Shown here: positions 17,645 to 22,567 of the stretch, in pieces
Layout of the letters: each line of letters opens with the position of its first letter
How positions within the stretch are numbered: position 1 is the stretch's first letter
NCBI GenBank assembly: GCA_016926735.1
Contig: JAFGOA010000143.1
Coordinates: 1-22,567 of the forward strand
Direction of reading: 5' to 3'
Length of the DNA: 22,567 bases
Origin: Promethearchaeota archaeon
GTDB lineage: Archaea > Asgardarchaeota > Lokiarchaeia > Sigyniarchaeales > SOKP01
Notes under the pieces: model-generated
What the model was told of the DNA's origin: nothing
Database searches by the model: none
The model's input: only the letters and a program-made list of their open reading frames with translations
Translations under genes and position numbers: made by a program

Positions 17645-19528
17645 TTGGCATTTATGCATGATCATTTCTATTCTAATGAAAGATCTTTAGATTATTTTAA
17701 TTCAATTCCCTTTCCAATGCATATTTGGAAAATGGAAGATGATATTTTATTATTATTTGGGTATAATGAGACTGCTTTTTTAACTACTAAAGGGAAAATT
17801 CATGATTTTTTAGGAAATAGCGCAAAAATTTTCTATAAAAATCATCTTTATATTTTAAAAGATCTTAGAAATTGTATTGAAAAAAAAATAGAAATAATAG
17901 ATGAAATTAAAATAAAATCTAAGAAATTTAAAAATCCTACCTACTTTATCTTTTATTTTAAATATATAGAGCCAGATTTAGTTTCTGTTTTGATAGAAGA
18001 TATTACTCTTTTTAAAAACACAGAGTCTTCTTTAAAATCTGAAAGAGAAAGAGCTAACCTGTATTTAAATACAGCAGATATAATAATATTAGCATTGGAT
18101 ATAGAAGGGAATATTATTTTATTAAATAAAAAAGGATATAAAGTCTTGGGATATCAAGAACATGAGTTAATTGGGAAGAATTGGTTTGAATGTTTTATAC
18201 CTAAATCTAATAGAGAAGAAATTTTTAAAGTTTTTAAAAAGATTATATCAGGGGATATTAAACCAGTTGAATATTATGAAAATCTTATTATTACGAAAAG
18301 TGGTAAGGAAAAAATAATTGCATGGAATAATCAAATATTATATGGAAAAAATAGAGAAATTATAGGTACTATCAGTTCGGGAGAAGATATAACGCTAAAA
18401 AAATCAACAGAGCAAAAATTAGAAGAAAGTGAAAACAAATTCAAAAAAATCATAGAAAATATGCCAATTGGGGTTCATATGTATTTACGTGATAAACAAG
18501 GAAATTTAATTTTTTCAGGATCAAATTCTGCTGCAAACAAAATACTTGGACGTAATTTTGATAAATATATTGGAAATAATATCGAGGATATAATATCTGA
18601 GGCTTTATTTTTAAAATTATCTCAAAAATTTAAAGACGTAGCTAAAAGTGGGGGTTTTTTTCATAGAGAAAAATTGTCTTATGAGAATGGTTTTTTTAAT
18701 GGTGTACTTGATACAATAAATTTTCAAACTTCACCAAACCAAATGGTCTCTTTATTTATGGATATTACAGATACAATTAAAGCAGAAAGAAAAATAAAAA
18801 ACTCAATGAAAAAATATAAAAATGCATACAACAAAGCAGAGTTTTATAGAGATCTTTTTACACATGATATAAATAATATTTTACATAGCCTTTTATTAGC
18901 AACAGAGATCACCAGAAAAACAATTACCAATAAAAATAATCTAAAAGAATATGATCAATTCTTTAGAATGATGAGTGAACAAATCGAAAGAGGAAAAATT
19001 CTGGTGAAAAATATTAATAAATTATCATTATTGGATGAAAAAGAAATGACTATTGCTCCTATTGAATTAATAAATCCTCTGAAGAAAATGATTGATCGAA
19101 TAAAAGAAATTTATAAACTTAAGAACATGGTTATAGAGACAGAAATACCCTCTGTAGAGATTTATATTAATGGAAATGATTTTATAATTGATATTTATGA
19201 AAATCTGCTTTTTAATTCAATCAAACATAACAAAAATGATCCAATTAGAATTAAGGTAAAAATATTTAAAACAAAGATAAAAGATGACGATTTTGTGAGA
19301 TTAGAATTTGTAGATAATGCTAAGGGAATTCCTGATATAGAAAAAAAAAAAATATTTGCAAAAAATAAAGATGTCGTCATTAAAACAAGAAGGATAGGAA
19401 TAGGTCTTTCTATTGTTAAAAAAATAGTTAATAGGTTTAAAGGTAAAATTTGGATCGAAGATCGAATAAAAGGTAATTATAAAGAAGGATCTTCCTTTAT
19501 ACTTATTTTTCCTATTATACAAAATTGA
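17645..19528 (+). CDS. PAS-domain sensor histidine kinase; start TTG 17645 or ATG 17654
   Basis: PAS repeats (LNKKGYKVLGY..ELIGKNWF; NSAANKILG). H-box FTHDINN, N-box NLLFNSIKH, DNAKGI and GIGLSIVK. Confidence 0.92.
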   Translation: MAFMHDHFYSNERSLDYFNSIPFPMHIWKMEDDILLLFGYNETAFLTTKGKIHDFLGNSAKIFYKNHLYILKDLRNCIEKKIEIIDEIKIKSKKFKNPTYFIFYFKYIEPDLVSVLIEDITLFKNTESSLKSERERANLYLNTADIIILALDIEGNIILLNKKGYKVLGYQEHELIGKNWFECFIPKSNREEIFKVFKKIISGDIKPVEYYENLIITKSGKEKIIAWNNQILYGKNREIIGTISSGEDITLKKSTEQKLEESENKFKKIIENMPIGVHMYLRDKQGNLIFSGSNSAANKILGRNFDKYIGNNIEDIISEALFLKLSQKFKDVAKSGGFFHREKLSYENGFFNGVLDTINFQTSPNQMVSLFMDITDTIKAERKIKNSMKKYKNAYNKAEFYRDLFTHDINNILHSLLLATEITRKTITNKNNLKEYDQFFRMMSEQIERGKILVKNINKLSLLDEKEMTIAPIELINPLKKMIDRIKEIYKLKNMVIETEIPSVEIYINGNDFIIDIYENLLFNSIKHNKNDPIRIKVKIFKTKIKDDDFVRLEFVDNAKGIPDIEKKKIFAKNKDVVIKTRRIGIGLSIVKKIVNRFKGKIWIEDRIKGNYKEGSSFILIFPIIQN

Positions 19529-19551
19529 AATTCCCTTACCTAAAGGAATTT
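19528..19551 (+). terminator. Possible hairpin at the kinase 3' end
   Basis: AAATTCC-N10-GGAATTT inverted repeat directly at the stop codon. Weak evidence in AT-rich DNA. Confidence 0.3.
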
Positions 19552-19671
19552 GTATTCTCGCATTTATATAGTATAAATGTAATTTAAATAATTTTAGTTG
19601 TATATGTTAATAAAAATATTAAATATAAATAAAATTCCTAATTTATTATATTTATAATAGAATTTTAAGGT

Positions 19672-21867
19672 TTGAAGATGCCTATAATAACTAAAATAGA
19701 AATAAAATTAGCATATTTAAACCTGATCAAACATCCTATTCGAACTTTTTTCGCTTTATTAGCTATAATTTTAGGCGTAGGGATTTTCTTCTCTGTTAAT
19801 GTTGCATCGGACTCTTTAGCAGAGTCCTTACAGAATAATTTGGATCCCATTGAATTCGGGAATGTAGATCATTGGATAATGCTTTTTAGAGGAATTCTTA
19901 TGATCCTTTCGGGAATTTCTTTAATAGTTTGCGTTATTATTATAAAAAATCTTTTAGAAATGTCAAAAGAAGCTCAAATATACGAATTAGGGTTATTACG
20001 TGCTATAGGAACTTCTAAAGGAAGTATCTTTTCAATATTTTTTATACAAATTGTAATAATCACACTTGTAGGGGTATTATGCGGTTTAATTTTAGGATAT
20101 TTCTTATCATATCTTTTTTTTGGTCCATTAAAATCTGTTTTAAGTAATATAGCTTCTTTAGAAACTAATTTTAATGTTCAGTTATATATATCCCCATTCA
20201 CCTTTATAATATCTATTCTAATGGGATTAATCATACCATTATTGTTTAGCATTATACCCACTTTATCAGCTACAAGAATTAATATTCTATATGCTTTATA
20301 TCCTCATATTAGAAATAAAAGAAATAGTAAGCTGACTAAAAATCATATTTCTATTTTAAAATCAATCTTCTCTCTGATCTTAATTATTTTTGGAATACTA
20401 TTAAACCAAATGGGGTATTCAGGGCTTCTTAATTTCTCTAATAATCCCACAATGGAATCTAATATTTCTATAATTTTTCTTTTTCTTGCAGGGTTAATTT
20501 TTATCTCAGGATGTATTCTTTTAGGTTCGATTTTTTTCTCTGCTATTTCATGGGTTGCATCATCAATTCTCAAACCTGTACTATTAAAAATTAAAAAAAT
20601 CTCATATAGAAATATAATTAAGAATATGAGAAGATCAAGAAATGCATTCCTTATGATTTCTCTTGGGTTATCATTTTTAATTTGCATAACTATTGCTTTA
20701 TCATCAATAAATGCGGGTATTTATCCCGGAGCAAGAATGCGTCTTGGAGGAGATATAAGGTTGGGCACTCAGTGGAGTGGTTCCCAAACTTATATCCCTA
20801 TAAATACATCTCAAAATTTGTTAAAAATTGATGATGTTTCTTATGTATGTGAGGTAAAAAATTCTCTAGATGGAAATGAGACTTATTGTGATGATTATGG
20901 AAAAGGAGAATATGAAAATGTGCAAATTTTTGTAATAAACACTACTGCATATGCAAAAATGCATTCAAAAATTTCATATAAGAAATTTTATGGAGATCTT
21001 TCTTTTTCTGAATTTATTCATCAATTAGATCTTGAAAAAACAATAATACTACAAGATAAACTGTCAAAATTAGTTAATAAAACTATAGGTGATAATGTTA
21101 TTATTGAAACAAAAAGTAATTCCTTCTTTCCTGCTCTAAAGGAGAATTTTACAATTAAGGGAATATGTAATATTTTACCCGGAATCGGACCTACATTCGA
21201 GGAATATGGTGGTATTAATAGATATGCTGCTATTATTTCTTGGGATAATTATTTTAACATAACAGGCGAACAATATAATGAAACAACTTGTAATTTTTGG
21301 ATTAATTGCGATAATATTGATAATGCTAATTTAGTTCTTTCTGATATTAGTGTGCTCTATCAATCTTTAGGGGCACCATGGAATTCTATTAATTTTAATT
21401 ATACTTGGACATATCGTTCTATTATAATGGATACAATTCAAGTAAAGGAAGTAATTAATTTAATTCAAATTGTAATAATAAGTATTTTATATATGGCTTT
21501 AATAATTTCTATGTTTGGATTAATTACATCTATGATTATGGGTGTATATCAACGTAATAATGAATTAGGAATATTTAGAGCAATTGGAACTTCTAAAATA
21601 CAAATTATGCAATTAATTGCTGGGGAAATTCTAATAATTAGTTTATCGGCGATTTTAATAGGTATTATCTCTGGAATTTTAACGGGAATCCTTTTAACAA
21701 ATATTCCTTTTATGGCTTATGTATTATTTATATTTACTATTAATTGGAATGAGATCTTCTATATATCCATGTTTATGTTAGGGTTAAATCTGATAGGATC
21801 ATTAATTCCTGCTATTAAGGCAGTTAAAATAGATGTTATAGAAAATATTCAAAGGAGAAGTATATAA
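19672..21867 (+). CDS. ABC transporter permease, FtsX/MacB/LolC family; start may be ATG 19678
   Basis: RTFFALLAIILGV, two FtsX-type motifs (ELGLLRAIG, ELGIFRAIG) and many TM helices. Confidence 0.92.
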   Translation: MKMPIITKIEIKLAYLNLIKHPIRTFFALLAIILGVGIFFSVNVASDSLAESLQNNLDPIEFGNVDHWIMLFRGILMILSGISLIVCVIIIKNLLEMSKEAQIYELGLLRAIGTSKGSIFSIFFIQIVIITLVGVLCGLILGYFLSYLFFGPLKSVLSNIASLETNFNVQLYISPFTFIISILMGLIIPLLFSIIPTLSATRINILYALYPHIRNKRNSKLTKNHISILKSIFSLILIIFGILLNQMGYSGLLNFSNNPTMESNISIIFLFLAGLIFISGCILLGSIFFSAISWVASSILKPVLLKIKKISYRNIIKNMRRSRNAFLMISLGLSFLICITIALSSINAGIYPGARMRLGGDIRLGTQWSGSQTYIPINTSQNLLKIDDVSYVCEVKNSLDGNETYCDDYGKGEYENVQIFVINTTAYAKMHSKISYKKFYGDLSFSEFIHQLDLEKTIILQDKLSKLVNKTIGDNVIIETKSNSFFPALKENFTIKGICNILPGIGPTFEEYGGINRYAAIISWDNYFNITGEQYNETTCNFWINCDNIDNANLVLSDISVLYQSLGAPWNSINFNYTWTYRSIIMDTIQVKEVINLIQIVIISILYMALIISMFGLITSMIMGVYQRNNELGIFRAIGTSKIQIMQLIAGEILIISLSAILIGIISGILTGILLTNIPFMAYVLFIFTINWNEIFYISMFMLGLNLIGSLIPAIKAVKIDVIENIQRRSI

Positions 21868-22567
21868 TGAAAATTAAATCTAATGATATTAAAGATGATT
21901 TTGTTTTACAACTAGATAATGTTTACAAAACATATCAATTGGGAAAATCAATTATTCATGCGGTAAATGGAATAAATTTAAATCTTAAAAAAGGAGAATT
22001 TATATCAATAATGGGTCCTTCTGGCTCTGGAAAGACTACTTTATTAAATCTTATAAGTGCATTAGATAAACCATCTAAAGGAAACGTCTTTATCAACGGC
22101 AAAAACACAAATAATATGAACGATAAGTCTTTAACTCATTTAAGGAGATACGAAATTGGTTTTATATTTCAATTTTTTAATTTAATTCCCGTACTTACAT
22201 GTTATGAAAATATAGAACTACCATTATTTATAAGTGGAATTGGAAAATCAGAAAGAAAACTTAGAGTTGAAGAATTACTTAATAAACTTGAATTAAGTAA
22301 ACATCGTAATCATCGACCAAATGAGCTATCAGGAGGACAACAACAAAGAGTTGCTATTGCAAGAGCTTTAGTTAACAAACCGAGTATTGTATTAGCTGAT
22401 GAGTTAACTGGTGATTTAGATTCAAAAACTGGAATTAAGATAATGAAATATTTACAATCACTAAATAATTCTGAATTTCAGACAATAATTATTGTTACTC
22501 ATGATATAAACATAGCTAAAATGACTAATTCTGTGTTTGAAATTAAAGATGGTAAATTTATAAATTC
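21867..22567 (+). CDS. ABC transporter ATP-binding protein, LolD/MacB type, running off the window end
   Basis: Translated by hand from ATG 21867, which overlaps the permease TAA: GPSGSGKTT Walker A, LSGGQQQRVAIARAL signature, LADELTGDLD and VTHD. Confidence 0.93.
   Translation, partial: MKIKSNDIKDDFVLQLDNVYKTYQLGKSIIHAVNGINLNLKKGEFISIMGPSGSGKTTLLNLISALDKPSKGNVFINGKNTNNMNDKSLTHLRRYEIGFIFQFFNLIPVLTCYENIELPLFISGIGKSERKLRVEELLNKLELSKHRNHRPNELSGGQQQRVAIARALVNKPSIVLADELTGDLDSKTGIKIMKYLQSLNNSEFQTIIIVTHDINIAKMTNSVFEIKDGKFIN

Noticed and set aside
12201-20687. Short ORFs 12201-12401, 14602-14832, 15197-15433, 19195-19380, 19301-19522, 19665-19850 and 20343-20687
   Set aside because: All lie within or antisense to well-supported genes and show no recognisable motifs.

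Overview
Very AT-rich prokaryotic window. Gene content and style suggest an archaeon, possibly Asgard/Lokiarchaeota-like; this is inference only. The left ~10.9 kb is an accessory/defence region. It opens on the decaying trailer of a CRISPR array (37-bp repeat, 42-bp spacers). Next comes an unannotated 55-aa CxxC peptide ORF, a radical SAM/SPASM enzyme and a PEP-utilising (PPDK-N + phospho-His) enzyme, which together look like a RiPP-type operon. Then follow an MNT-like gene relic, an ATPase/PD-(D/E)xK nuclease fusion with an HTH partner, an RNase J-like beta-CASP MBL hydrolase, a YbhB protein, a HEPN-MNT toxin-antitoxin pair and an orphan diverged copy of the MBL gene's 3' end. Two solitary copies of the CRISPR repeat, with the hairpin intact, sit just after the stop codons of the RiPP-like operon (3864-3900) and the HEPN-MNT pair (10346-10382). 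The middle (11.2-17.5 kb, minus strand) holds a HAD phosphatase, a double-domain PlsC-type acyltransferase, a DUF2229-type and an HGD-D-type protein resembling split PlsA/PlsR (Ger) ester-reductase modules, and two tandem flavodoxin-like genes; it is a candidate plasmalogen/ether-lipid locus. The right end encodes a PAS histidine kinase and a MacB/LolCDE-type ABC permease plus ATPase (truncated). No database searches were possible; all calls come from motifs read by eye.
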